64,000 bases of DNA from Candidatus Bathyarchaeota archaeon (GCA_963828195.1 CAWHDT010000005.1:192001-256000); one strand, 5' to 3'. Positions 20,648 to 30,658 are shown, counted from the first letter of the stretch. Made by a program: numbers and translations. The notes: generated by a model from the sequence alone, not told the origin.

Positions 20648-21094
20648 TTGAAATTATCCGCATATTTAGACCAACATAAGCATGCTTATCTGAATGGACA
20701 AATAATCTCCGTTCAAGTGAACAATTTTGTGCCCATACATTTCTTGGTTGATACAGGCAGTACTTACACGACAATATTGGGTCAAGATACTTTTAAACTT
20801 GGAATAAAAGTCAAAAGACTTCCCAGATCAAAATGCTCGTCAGACACGGCGAAGGGACACCTGCTGCCCTATGAATTGCCAGATGTTAAATTGAGATTTG
20901 ACACAAACGCCGATCCAGAAGAAAGCCCTATTATCATTCCATTAGAATTTATCCAGTGTTTGCCGCCTCCCAAAGAACTAAACCGTTTACATCCGCTTAA
21001 CCTGATGTTCTCCTACAGCTTGCTCGGTATGGACGTATTAAAATTCTTCAAACGATGGCAATACACGGAGACCACACTTATCCTGGAAACTTGA
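20648..21094 (+). CDS. retropepsin-like (clan AA) aspartyl protease
   Basis: FLVDTGSTYT catalytic motif and SLLGMDVL. Confidence 0.8.
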   Translation: MKLSAYLDQHKHAYLNGQIISVQVNNFVPIHFLVDTGSTYTTILGQDTFKLGIKVKRLPRSKCSSDTAKGHLLPYELPDVKLRFDTNADPEESPIIIPLEFIQCLPPPKELNRLHPLNLMFSYSLLGMDVLKFFKRWQYTETTLILET

Positions 21095-21273
21095 CGAAGC
21101 GGATGCTTTTTCGGTTAAAATTAGCTTTCGCTGTCGGTTTATGTGTAAAGTTTTTATTTACTTTTATGCTCTGCATTTAGTAGCTAAGTCTTCTATTTGG
21201 TTGAACAAATTTACAAAAGTAGCTCAGAAACGTTTATCAATTACATGAAAGCGTTATTCACGAACAAAAAAGC

Positions 21274-22533
21274 TTGAAAAGAAACATAAACAAGACGGAG
21301 TCGTTAAGAACGGATTTACAAGACTTTTATTTCAAAATGCCCCTAAAAACCGAGCCAATAATAGATGACACTACACTTCGCGACGGCATTCAAATGCCAG
21401 GGTTAGCTGCTGGCCCCAAAGACTCCGCGAAAATAGCGCAGTTCCTATCAGAAATCGGAGTAGAACGCATCGAACTGTTCCATTATCAAGAGCCAGACAA
21501 GAAAGCTGCAAAACTCATCGCAGACTTGAACCTTGACCTGCGCGTTGCGGGCTGGTGCCGAGCGTTAAAAGAGGACATTGACAGCGCGGTTGCATGCGGA
21601 TTCAAAGAAGTCGGCATCTCCCACCCCGTCTCCGACATACATTTTAAAGCTAAGTGGCCCGAAAAAACGCAAGAGCAGATCTTAACCAACATTGTAAGCG
21701 TGGTTGAGTATGCAGCTAAAACCTGCGGACTAAGAACATTTGTCCACGGCGAAGACAGCACAAGGGCAGATTGGAATTTTGAGAAAAAATTAATTAACGC
21801 TGTTGCAGACGCAGGCGCGGAATGCTACCGTATCTGCGACACGGTCGGCATCGGCTTATCTGATCCCACGGCGCCATTACCCAACGGTGTCCCAGCCAAG
21901 GTATTGGCCATCAAGAAAGAAACCAGAATCGACGCCGTAGAGATTCACGCGCACGACGACTTCGGGAACGCAGTTGAAAACACGATGGCGGCAATTAAAG
22001 CAGCCTCGGGCGTGTGGGATAAAGTTTACGCCAGCACTACGTATCTGGGCATCGGCGAACGCGCAGGCAACGCAGAAACGGAGAAGGTACTGTTAAACCT
22101 GTATCTGCATCATGACGTCAAAAAATTTGAAGGCAAAACCCAGAAGCTCAAGGCAACCGCCGACTACATAGGCAAAGCAACAGGCTACGTGGTTCCGCCT
22201 AACAAGGCAATCGTCGGTGACTACGGATTCGCCCATGAATCAGGAATCCACACTCACGGCGTCTTAAGCGACCCATGGACCTACGAGCCTTACCCGCCTG
22301 AACTGGTCGGCAACGAACGGCGTTTAACCATTGGAAAACAGTCGGGTAAAGGCATAATCAAGCACAAAATAACAGAGCTTGGGGGAAACGAACCAGACGA
22401 TCAGACAGTAGCGATAGTGGTGGAAAGAATAAAAGACATCTACGCCAACGGCAGACGTGCTTCGTTGAAAGAGGAAGAATTCAAAAAAATCCTCCGCATA
22501 CTAAAAGTCCTGCCAGAAAACAACAGCCACTAA
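21274..22533 (+). CDS. DRE-TIM metallolyase, Re-citrate/homocitrate synthase-like
   Basis: DTTLRDG, EDSTRAD, CDTVG, HAHDDFG, GIGERAGN, HESGIH; no LeuA regulatory domain. Confidence 0.85.
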   Translation: MKRNINKTESLRTDLQDFYFKMPLKTEPIIDDTTLRDGIQMPGLAAGPKDSAKIAQFLSEIGVERIELFHYQEPDKKAAKLIADLNLDLRVAGWCRALKEDIDSAVACGFKEVGISHPVSDIHFKAKWPEKTQEQILTNIVSVVEYAAKTCGLRTFVHGEDSTRADWNFEKKLINAVADAGAECYRICDTVGIGLSDPTAPLPNGVPAKVLAIKKETRIDAVEIHAHDDFGNAVENTMAAIKAASGVWDKVYASTTYLGIGERAGNAETEKVLLNLYLHHDVKKFEGKTQKLKATADYIGKATGYVVPPNKAIVGDYGFAHESGIHTHGVLSDPWTYEPYPPELVGNERRLTIGKQSGKGIIKHKITELGGNEPDDQTVAIVVERIKDIYANGRRASLKEEEFKKILRILKVLPENNSH

Positions 22534-22663
22534 AATTCAAATTATTTTTTCTTTTTCCAGGGTTAATGGAATCGTTTAAATGCGTTTGTTGACTTTGAAA
22601 AACAATGCGGTTATCAAACAACTGCAATAGACCAAAAGTAAACTAAATAAAAAGTGATTTTGC

Positions 22664-23602
22664 ATGCTGCGTTGTACTCTTGCCGGTTTGATTCCTTTGA
22701 TGATGTCAGAAAAGTATTCGGCTTTTACGGAGGAATTTTATCAGGAGCAAAAGGGCGATTTCAACAAAATTATTAAGAATAAAAGTTTTTATTTAATTCG
22801 GGATTTACCCGTCGAGGTAGCCTCCCGAATACTGTTGCCTGAAATACCCGGGGTTCTGTCTAAACAAAAAACCAACGGCCTTTGGTATAATTCAACCAGA
22901 GTTACTTACGATATTTTGTCAGCCTTCAGCCGCATAGGCATTCTTGATAGTTTGGCGGCGAACAAAAAGCTGAAGAATGTGGCAGATAAATTAGCCGATA
23001 AATATGACTATGAGTCTCTACTGATTAAGTCAATAATATATCGCCAGACCAATAAAAACGATGTCAACGAAATAAACAAACTTATAGAGGATTCCAGGTG
23101 CATGCAAAATGACAATGGTTCATGGGAAGAAACAGTTGTCGCAACAGTTTTCCAGATCGAAAAATTGGCAAGTTTAGGCGTATCCTTTAGCGATCCCTGC
23201 ATCCAGAGAGGAGTTGCTTTTCTTTTTAAAAATTTAAACTTGAATTGGGATGGACTCCAGGGCTCGGGTAAACCGTACGGGCTGCAAAGTCACCTTGTCT
23301 TTTCAGCTGAGAACCGTGACCGCGAATTTGAAAGTGCCGAAAAATACAAAGGGGAAATGGTGCCACGGTTAATTTGTTATAGACACTTAGGGATTATGCA
23401 GAATTTTTTATGTCTGAAATTATTTTTGCAGATGGGGCTTGAACATGATGATCGGGTGGAATGTGCACTTGACAATCTTTTTTCCTTATACAAGAAGTAC
23501 AACAGTCTCTGTTACTTTACAATCCAGAAGAAATTTGTGGCTGCCAAAAGAGCAAAGCTGCACAAAGAAATTCATTCCTTCAGAAATGATTTAAATGTGT
23601 GA
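22664..23602 (+). CDS. hypothetical protein with a prenyltransferase/squalene-cyclase-like QW repeat
   Basis: QNDNGSW and DPCIQRGVAFL resemble the alpha/alpha barrel QW motif. Confidence 0.5.
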   Translation: MLRCTLAGLIPLMMSEKYSAFTEEFYQEQKGDFNKIIKNKSFYLIRDLPVEVASRILLPEIPGVLSKQKTNGLWYNSTRVTYDILSAFSRIGILDSLAANKKLKNVADKLADKYDYESLLIKSIIYRQTNKNDVNEINKLIEDSRCMQNDNGSWEETVVATVFQIEKLASLGVSFSDPCIQRGVAFLFKNLNLNWDGLQGSGKPYGLQSHLVFSAENRDREFESAEKYKGEMVPRLICYRHLGIMQNFLCLKLFLQMGLEHDDRVECALDNLFSLYKKYNSLCYFTIQKKFVAAKRAKLHKEIHSFRNDLNV

Positions 23603-23637
23603 TCGAGAAGTTAACAAAAAATAAGAAAAAAGAAAAG

Positions 23638-24600
23638 TTAGGCTTGCTCACATTTTTGAAGGAGCCGTTGCCAGTTTTCATCAGTTAAGCGCTGCATCTC
23701 ATCTACTATGTGCTGGTTTTGCGGGGTGAACAGGTGCCTGAATCTGCCTTGCCCAGTAAGGTAATCTTTTACGGGTCGCTTTTTCTGCGGCGCCAACGAA
23801 ATCAGTTTGCTTGGTATTGAAAGTTGCCGTTTGCCGTTTACTGCTTCCCAAATCGGGAACACGCAGGATTCCACAGACAGCTTTGAGTACTCCATGGTTT
23901 TGCCGGGTTCAGTGCGCCAACCTCTGGGGCAAGGGGCAAAAACGTGCAGAAACGCTGGTCCGTCTACTTCTAAGCCTTTGCGGACTTTTGTCAGCATATC
24001 CTTCCAATAGTAAGGTGTTGCAGTTGCCACATATTGCATGTCGTGCGCCAACATGATTTCGTCGATGGGTTTCTTCTTTTCCAGTTTTCCAGGAATAACT
24101 GAGCCGGCTGGGGTGGTTGTTGTTGCCGCGCCTATGGGTGTGGAGCTGCTTCGCTGGATGCCTGTGTTCATGTAGCCTTCATTATCGTAGAGGATAAACA
24201 AGAAGTCGTGTCCACGTTCAACTGCGCCGGATAAAGCCTGCAAGCCAATGTCGTAGGTTCCGCCGTCACCAGCCAACGCGATGATGTCAATGTGATCTTT
24301 CACTTTGCCCTTCTTGCTCATCGCTTTCAACGCGGCATCGATGCCTGAGGCGTTCGCCGCGGCGTTCTCAAAAGCCGTGTGGAGCCATGGTAGCGCCCAA
24401 GAGGTGTAGGGGTAAATGGACCCGACTATTTCCATGCAGCCTGTTGCCTGAGTCACAATTGTTGGTCCACGCGTAGCCTTCATTATCATCCGAAGCATTG
24501 ACGCTGGCCCACAGCCTGCGCATGCCCGATGACCCGAAAGGAACAGGTCTGGTTTAGACGCAATATCTTTTGCCGTGAATTTCCATTCTTGAGTTGTCAA
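23638..24600 (-). CDS. porB: pyruvate:ferredoxin oxidoreductase beta subunit
   Basis: GHRACAGCG, GDGGTYDIG..YDNE.YMNTG TPP motif, PCPRGW. Confidence 0.95.
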   Translation of the reverse strand: MTTQEWKFTAKDIASKPDLFLSGHRACAGCGPASMLRMIMKATRGPTIVTQATGCMEIVGSIYPYTSWALPWLHTAFENAAANASGIDAALKAMSKKGKVKDHIDIIALAGDGGTYDIGLQALSGAVERGHDFLFILYDNEGYMNTGIQRSSSTPIGAATTTTPAGSVIPGKLEKKKPIDEIMLAHDMQYVATATPYYWKDMLTKVRKGLEVDGPAFLHVFAPCPRGWRTEPGKTMEYSKLSVESCVFPIWEAVNGKRQLSIPSKLISLAPQKKRPVKDYLTGQGRFRHLFTPQNQHIVDEMQRLTDENWQRLLQKCEQA

Positions 24601-24614
24601 CTATTTTTCCTCCT

Positions 24615-25847
24615 CTACTCCCTTAATCCCCAATATTTCACCTGCGTTTCCACTTGTCCAGTTTTGGCGATTTGCATTAGGTCTTCGAAGATTCTTCGCA
24701 GATCACGTGGGCTTGTGTCTCTTCCGCCTAAACCGAAAATGTAGTTTACGATGGTTGGGTGAATATCTGAGTCGTACAGTGCATTTCTCACTTCAGTAAA
24801 TACTGCGCCGCCGAAGGCGCCGAAACTCATGCTTTTATCCATAACCGCCAGTGTTTTGACGTTTTTGAGTGCAGTTCGAAGTTCTTCGATGGGGAACGGG
24901 CGGAACGTTCGTAATCGCAGAATCCCTGCTTTGATGCCTTCTTGCCTGAGTTGATCAACAATTACCTTTAAGGTTCCAGCTGTGGAGCCCACAACCACAA
25001 TTGCAATTTCAGCGTCAGCTAGTTGATATGCATCTACGAGTCCGTCGCCGTAGCTTCTGCCACTTAGTTTGCCGTATTCAATATTGATTTCTTGAATCTT
25101 TTTTAGGGCATTTCGCATCCCCTCGTCCTGCTGCCTTTTGAATTCAAAATAGAAATTCGGCGAAACATTTGGCCCCATGGTCATAGGGTTTTCAGGGTCA
25201 AGCTTGTATGGCACGTTTTTTCCCTGCTGTGTAAAAACGGAGGGCAACGGTCTTTCTCCAACGAACTCTTTGACTGTATCTTCCGCGAGCACATCTACCT
25301 TTTCAAGTGTATGGCTAATTGTGAAACCGTCTAAACCAACAATTATGGGCAACGAGACACCAACGTCCTCAGCTATCTTGAAAGCTTGAATGATGGAGTC
25401 ATAGGCTTCCTGAGCGTTTTCCACGTAAATCTGGATCCACCCGCTATCTCGCTCCGCCATGCTGTCGGATTGGTCGCCGTGAATATTGAGCGGCGAAGAC
25501 AAGGCGCGGTTAGCAACCGCCATCACAACGGGAACACGAGAACCTGAAGTTACAAAAAGCATCTCATGCATCAAAGCTAACCCGGCGGATGCGCTGGCGG
25601 TAAAAGTTCTAGCTCCAACCGCTGCTGCTGAAAGACACGCGGTCATAGCGCTGTGCTCTGATTCAGTGCAGACAAACTCTGTCTGGACTTCTCCGTTAGC
25701 TACGTATTCACTGAATTTCTCAACAATGATTGTTTGAGGTGTAATAGGGTAGGCAGCAACGACGTCAACGTCGCATTGTTTAACGGCGAAGGCAACAGCT
25801 TCATCTCCGTTTAAAGCCATAGTTTCCTGTTTAGTTTGTTTCTGCAT
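24615..25847 (-). CDS. porA: pyruvate:ferredoxin oxidoreductase alpha subunit
   Basis: AYPITPQT, ESEHSA, NRALS, FRPFP, GLGGRD. Confidence 0.95.
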   Translation of the reverse strand: MQKQTKQETMALNGDEAVAFAVKQCDVDVVAAYPITPQTIIVEKFSEYVANGEVQTEFVCTESEHSAMTACLSAAAVGARTFTASASAGLALMHEMLFVTSGSRVPVVMAVANRALSSPLNIHGDQSDSMAERDSGWIQIYVENAQEAYDSIIQAFKIAEDVGVSLPIIVGLDGFTISHTLEKVDVLAEDTVKEFVGERPLPSVFTQQGKNVPYKLDPENPMTMGPNVSPNFYFEFKRQQDEGMRNALKKIQEINIEYGKLSGRSYGDGLVDAYQLADAEIAIVVVGSTAGTLKVIVDQLRQEGIKAGILRLRTFRPFPIEELRTALKNVKTLAVMDKSMSFGAFGGAVFTEVRNALYDSDIHPTIVNYIFGLGGRDTSPRDLRRIFEDLMQIAKTGQVETQVKYWGLRE

Positions 25848-25852
25848 GCTTT

Positions 25853-26134
25853 TTACTCCTTTTCCATTTTCATGGTTATCGCTTTAGTTGGGCACTCGTT
25901 TGCGCATATTCCGCATCCTTTACAGAAACTCATGTCAAACCAGATTTGCCCCTTATCTGGAGTCAATTTTATTGCCCCTTCAGGACAAAACATCACGCAA
26001 GTTAAGCAAAGAGTGCATTTTTGCAGGTCCCGCACGGGCATGTAGGTTTTCCAGTCGCCAGTCAAAAAGCCCACGCTTGATTTTGTGCAGACTCCCGCTA
26101 TAGGAAGATCTTTCCAGCCTTTTTCTTTACTCAT
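25853..26134 (-). CDS. porD: pyruvate:ferredoxin oxidoreductase delta subunit
   Basis: TGDWK, two CxxCxxCxxxCP motifs, CKGCGICANECP. Confidence 0.95.
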   Translation of the reverse strand: MSKEKGWKDLPIAGVCTKSSVGFLTGDWKTYMPVRDLQKCTLCLTCVMFCPEGAIKLTPDKGQIWFDMSFCKGCGICANECPTKAITMKMEKE

Positions 26135-26694
26135 TCAGTTTTTGCCTCCAGATAAGATTCCTTGATAATCGCGAAGTTTTTCTCCGCTAAGTCCGCTCTG
26201 AAACGTCCCTTCAGCGTCTTCTGTATGCCTTCCAAAGTTACTATTCCAGTTGCTTTAGCGACGCAACCCAACATTGCGGTGTTTGTTATTGGGGAACCCA
26301 AAATTTTTATGGCAATTTCGGTTGCTGGGACCGTCCACACTTTGCCTTTCGCCACCTTAAGTTTTTCTTTCAGTACACTGGGTTCCTCAGGGGAATTGAT
26401 GATCAGTATGTCTTCATCATCGTTCAATCCAGCTGTAACTGGAACAGATTTGAGCAGAGTGTTATCTAAAACCACAACAACGTCTGGCTCATAAATAGCG
26501 CAATGTAATCTTATTGGTTCAGTGCTTATTCTCGTAAACGCGGTCACTGGTGCACCCATTCGTTCAGGCCCAAATTCAGGAAATGACTGAATGTACTTGC
26601 CTTCGTCGAGGGCTGTCCTTGCCAACAGTTCGCTGGCTGTCCATGCTCCTTGACCGCCTCTACCATGCCATCTAAACTCAATCATGCTTTTCAA
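26131..26694 (-). CDS. porG: pyruvate:ferredoxin oxidoreductase gamma subunit
   Basis: HGRGGQG, FGPERMGAP, NTAMLG. Confidence 0.95.
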   Translation of the reverse strand: MKSMIEFRWHGRGGQGAWTASELLARTALDEGKYIQSFPEFGPERMGAPVTAFTRISTEPIRLHCAIYEPDVVVVLDNTLLKSVPVTAGLNDDEDILIINSPEEPSVLKEKLKVAKGKVWTVPATEIAIKILGSPITNTAMLGCVAKATGIVTLEGIQKTLKGRFRADLAEKNFAIIKESYLEAKTE

Positions 26695-27011
26695 ATAATC
26701 CTATTCTCCGAACGCGGTTTTGTACTAAATAGTCAAATACCTTGATATATTTTTCTACTAAACTGTCAAATTTTCCGTTTAATGTAAAAATTGGGCTTTT
26801 TAAAAGTTGACAAAGTTATGATTATTGCAATTATAAGGTTAGTCAAAGTTCATGCATAAGAAACATAGCAAATGAGCATTCGATTTGGGGAAACTTTTGG
26901 CAAAATCGAATATTTTTTCGTAAGAAGTATGGGTGAGCTTAGGTTGTTGCTGTTTTGTGCTAATCACATATTCTTAAATGAAACAAAAAGACACCGTTAT
27001 ATTGATATCTT

Positions 27012-27809
27012 TTGTTTAGAAATAAAAAGAATGCAAGTATAGTGGTGACAATAATCGTCATTATTGTTATTGCGCTGCTTGTCATAGAGTACTTTATGCC
27101 GTTGAACTTCAGCAGTCTTTCTAAGCCGCCAGAACTTCCCATCCCCGCGGTTTCAGTAGCTCGAAACTGGGCAGGATACGCCGTTGCCACCAATTTCTTA
27201 ACTCCGCAACCAAACGTTCAAGGAGTAAGCGCCTCTTGGAACGTGCCCACAGTCGAAAATACCGGGACAAATGCTTATTCATCCGTTTGGATTGGCGTAG
27301 GCGGGCAGTTTGACAAAACGCTGATTCAGGTTGGCACAGAACAGGATTACACGAATGGGGCGGCACAGTATTCTGCATGGTATGAAATGCTTCCAAGCAA
27401 CTCTGTTTCTATCAGCTCAATGCATGTGTCTCCAGGAGATCAAATGTCGGCTTCGATTTCTCTGGTGGATTCAAACACTAACTTATGGTTTATTTCCATG
27501 CAGGATTTATCAACTCATGAGAGTTTTCAGAGCAACTTCACCTATAGCTCCGAAAAGTTAAGTGCTGAATGGATCGTTGAAAGACCCGAAATCAACAATG
27601 CCCTATCTCAGTTAGCCGATTTTAGCGGCGTCACCTTCACCGACTGCCAAGCCACTTTGTCTGGGAAAACGGGTGGAATAACTGATTTTTCCTACAACAT
27701 CGTTGTTATGGATCCACAGATAATAAATAATCGTTCAGTACAGTTAGTTAATATTTCTGGCTTTAAAAACGCAGGCACCCAGTTTACAGTGAGCTATTCA
27801 GCTACGTAA
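27012..27809 (+). CDS. membrane-anchored glutamic peptidase, family G1 (eqolisin)
   Basis: NWAGY, WIGVGG, LIQVGT (catalytic Q), AWYE, SAEWIVE (catalytic E); N-terminal TM. Confidence 0.88.
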   Translation: MFRNKKNASIVVTIIVIIVIALLVIEYFMPLNFSSLSKPPELPIPAVSVARNWAGYAVATNFLTPQPNVQGVSASWNVPTVENTGTNAYSSVWIGVGGQFDKTLIQVGTEQDYTNGAAQYSAWYEMLPSNSVSISSMHVSPGDQMSASISLVDSNTNLWFISMQDLSTHESFQSNFTYSSEKLSAEWIVERPEINNALSQLADFSGVTFTDCQATLSGKTGGITDFSYNIVVMDPQIINNRSVQLVNISGFKNAGTQFTVSYSAT

Positions 27810-27834
27810 ATTTCAATTTTTTTGGAAAAAAGCC

Positions 27835-27963
27835 CTATTTTATTACCTTGAATTCGTTTTTGCATTCTCCACAGGTATATGCTTCGATTACGAAGAAACT
27901 GTTCTTTAACACTGCTTGTGGTTTTGAAGTAACTTCTTTGTGGCAATATCGGCATTCGGTCAT
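27835..27963 (-). CDS. 42-aa zinc-ribbon microprotein (not in ORF track)
   Basis: MTECRYCHKEVTSKPQAVLKNSFFVIEAYTCGECKNEFKVIK*; two CxxC; AGGAG RBS upstream. Confidence 0.75.
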   Translation of the reverse strand: MTECRYCHKEVTSKPQAVLKNSFFVIEAYTCGECKNEFKVIK

Positions 27964-28172
27964 ATTTGAATTATCTCCTGTAGTACGATACAATACTTTA
28001 AGCATATATAACCTTATTTGTCACACCCTGCACCAACCAAAAAACAAAAAATTTACCTCTGATCCCAGGCAATTACCAATATTTGCCACAGGGGACTAGG
28101 CAAAAGTTATATTTGCCTCGAGCATAGGAATAAACATTCACAGATTTTAAAGTGAAGAAGGGTGAAGGGGCT

Positions 28173-29633
28173 ATGGCAGAGGTAGTGTTAACTGCTGACA
28201 GGACTTTAATGAGCAACTATCACAATAACGAGTTTCTCGGGTTCGGTACATGTGCCCCTCCAAATTTTATTCCAGAATGGCTCTACAGCTACCTGTTCTT
28301 TCCACCCATAAAAACAAAAAATAGCCACCCCACACAAGCACCCTACGGACTGCGGAAAACTGAAGCCCAGCTTTTAAAAGACGGCTTCCACGTTGAAACA
28401 GTAAGCCCAAAACATCTAAGCCGCTACCTTAAAGACGCAAAAATTCTCGGCGTACACGCGATGGACCCATTCGGGTTAGGTCCTGCCTCCACAACTTTAG
28501 CGTCACTCTTCAAAAAAGAATCTTACCTCGCAAAACATTTTCATGCATTACTGGACGATCCAGCCATTAAAAAAGCGAAGCAAAATGGGTTAAAAATTGT
28601 TGTTGGCGGACCTGGCGCATGGCAGTTCCATTACCGAGAAAAAGCCGTTAAAGACTTAGGTATTGACTGCGTTGTTGAAGGCGAAGCGGAAAATGTCATT
28701 GGGAAACTTTTTAGGGCAATAATTGAAGGTCAAGAAATTCCCAGTCATTATGAAGTTGGAGTCGACCAGTCGCCTAGTTTAGAGGAGATCCCCGATATTG
28801 TTAAGCCTTCAATTAACGGTTTAGTTGAGCTTGGAAGAGGCTGCTGCAGAGGCTGCCAGTTCTGCAATGTCACTTTGAGGCCTCTTAGGTGGTACCCGAT
28901 TGAAAAGGTTGAGCGTGAATTAAGCGTTAACATTGATTCTGGCATTAAAGGTGTTTGCCTCCACGCAGAAGACGTGATGCTCTACGGCTCAAAAAACACG
29001 ACACCGAACGAAGAAAAACTTGTGGCGCTGCACGAATTAGTAACTAAAAAGGTTAATGGGGTCAGTTGGAGCCACTGTTCGCTGGCTGCTGTTGCATCAA
29101 AACCCAAGCTGCTAGCAAAGCTATCCGAACTTATCTTGCAGAACCAAAAGTGGTGGGGCGCAGAAGTTGGAATAGAAACGGGTTCTTCAGAGATTGCAAA
29201 GAAGATCATGCCCGCTAAGGCGCATCCTTTTAGCGCTGACAACTGGCATGACGTTGTGGTTCAGGGTCTAGGCGTGATGCATGACAACATGCTTGCTCCA
29301 GCCTGCACGTTGATTGTTGGGTTGCCTGACGAGACTGAATCAGATATTCTTAAAACGATGGATTTAGTTGACGACTTGAAAGACATGCGGTGCCTCATAG
29401 TGCCCTTGTTCTTTGTGCCGCTGGGTCATTTGACAAATGAAGACTGGTTCACCAACACTAAACTGAATGATTTGCACAAGAAACTTTTGATTCAATGCGC
29501 CGAACGTGACTTCCGCTGGGTAGACAACCTGATTGACTTGTCATTTGAGGATAAGTGGTATCAGCATATTACGAAAGAATTCTATAAGGGGTTCTCGGCA
29601 ATAGCAAAATACAAAGTGCGTCAAATAGAATAG
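28173..29633 (+). CDS. radical SAM protein (archaeal, B12-domain-like family)
   Basis: APYGLRK, GGPGAW, RGCCRGCQFC, GIETGS. Confidence 0.9.
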   Translation: MAEVVLTADRTLMSNYHNNEFLGFGTCAPPNFIPEWLYSYLFFPPIKTKNSHPTQAPYGLRKTEAQLLKDGFHVETVSPKHLSRYLKDAKILGVHAMDPFGLGPASTTLASLFKKESYLAKHFHALLDDPAIKKAKQNGLKIVVGGPGAWQFHYREKAVKDLGIDCVVEGEAENVIGKLFRAIIEGQEIPSHYEVGVDQSPSLEEIPDIVKPSINGLVELGRGCCRGCQFCNVTLRPLRWYPIEKVERELSVNIDSGIKGVCLHAEDVMLYGSKNTTPNEEKLVALHELVTKKVNGVSWSHCSLAAVASKPKLLAKLSELILQNQKWWGAEVGIETGSSEIAKKIMPAKAHPFSADNWHDVVVQGLGVMHDNMLAPACTLIVGLPDETESDILKTMDLVDDLKDMRCLIVPLFFVPLGHLTNEDWFTNTKLNDLHKKLLIQCAERDFRWVDNLIDLSFEDKWYQHITKEFYKGFSAIAKYKVRQIE

Positions 29634-30064
29634 TTTGAGAAAAAGTTTTCCGTCGATTAAATAATCGGCAGTTGCCCTGAAAAGGGTTTTAAGAAGGCGG
29701 ATTTAATTGGGCTCTTAGGTTTCGCGTTTTTTTCATTAACGCAATCTTCTTCTTTCCCTGTTTAGTATTGGTTTTTGTTCGGAAAATGACTCCGTGAGTA
29801 TTTTGATAGAATTTGTTTCCTTTATTTCTCAAGATAATTCAACCTTTGCTTACAGATGGGAAACTGATTATTTGAGTGTACCTATAGTTTTTCTTCTAAA
29901 TCTAACATAAAAATTACAAAGTTAAACAACATGTGCTTGTGGCTTAATCGCCTGAACTTTTGTGCAAATTTTTCTGAAACAAAATGGGTGCTCGGCTTGT
30001 TGCCCTAAGAAAACAAAAACAAAATTACAAATAGGTCAAAGTTTGACCACTGGGGTCTTTTCCG

Positions 30065-30277
30065 CTAAGGCGTAAAAATAGTCAAGTAATCATTTTTCAT
30101 TTCGAACAACAAATGCTTCTTCTTTAGAAATATTTCGATTCGACGACGATCAAAATCGCCTCTAACCTGCAATTGAGATTTATCAGGACTTCTCTGTTCA
30201 ATAAGCACTAAATTTGGGTTAACAAGTTGGTTAGCGCCCAATTCGCTTAAAATAACCGCAGCCTCTTTTCTATCCAC
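30065..30277 (-). CDS. small hypothetical protein
   Basis: 70-aa ORF with GGGG RBS-like sequence and globular composition. Confidence 0.6.
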   Translation of the reverse strand: MDRKEAAVILSELGANQLVNPNLVLIEQRSPDKSQLQVRGDFDRRRIEIFLKKKHLLFEMKNDYLTIFTP

Positions 30278-30581
30278 ATTCTTCCCCTACCGTACAAGAG
30301 AACTATGCGAGACTAATTAACCATTACCCCAAAAATTATGGATAACCAACCTAAGACACCGCGTAGATCCAAAAACTAAATGAGAATTAGGAATCCGCCG
30401 TTTGCCACCGCACATAAGCATCGAATTATGCGATTTATCTTAACTGTACATTGCTTCTAATGAGCCGCCTAAACGCGCAAAAAGATTTAGTTTTCAAGCT
30501 TGTTCAATGGTTGTTTCGTCGGGAAAGATTATACTTAAATAGTATATTGAAACTGAAAAGTGGATTAGGGCTTTATGATGT

Positions 30582-30658
30582 GCCGTCGTGGCTCAGCCCG
30601 GTAGAGCGGCTGGCTGTTAACCAGTCGGTCAAAGGTCCGAATCCTTTCGACGGCGCCA
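30582..30658 (+). tRNA. tRNA-Asn (GTT) with encoded CCA
   Basis: Acceptor GCCGTCG/CGACGGC, D arm GCTC..GAGC, anticodon arm CTGG-CTGTTAA-CCAG, T arm AAAGG-TCCGAAT-CCTTT, ends GCCA. Confidence 0.93.

Noticed and set aside
27848-28099. 83-aa plus-strand ORF
   Set aside because: The antisense 42-aa CxxC ORF with an RBS is the better gene call.
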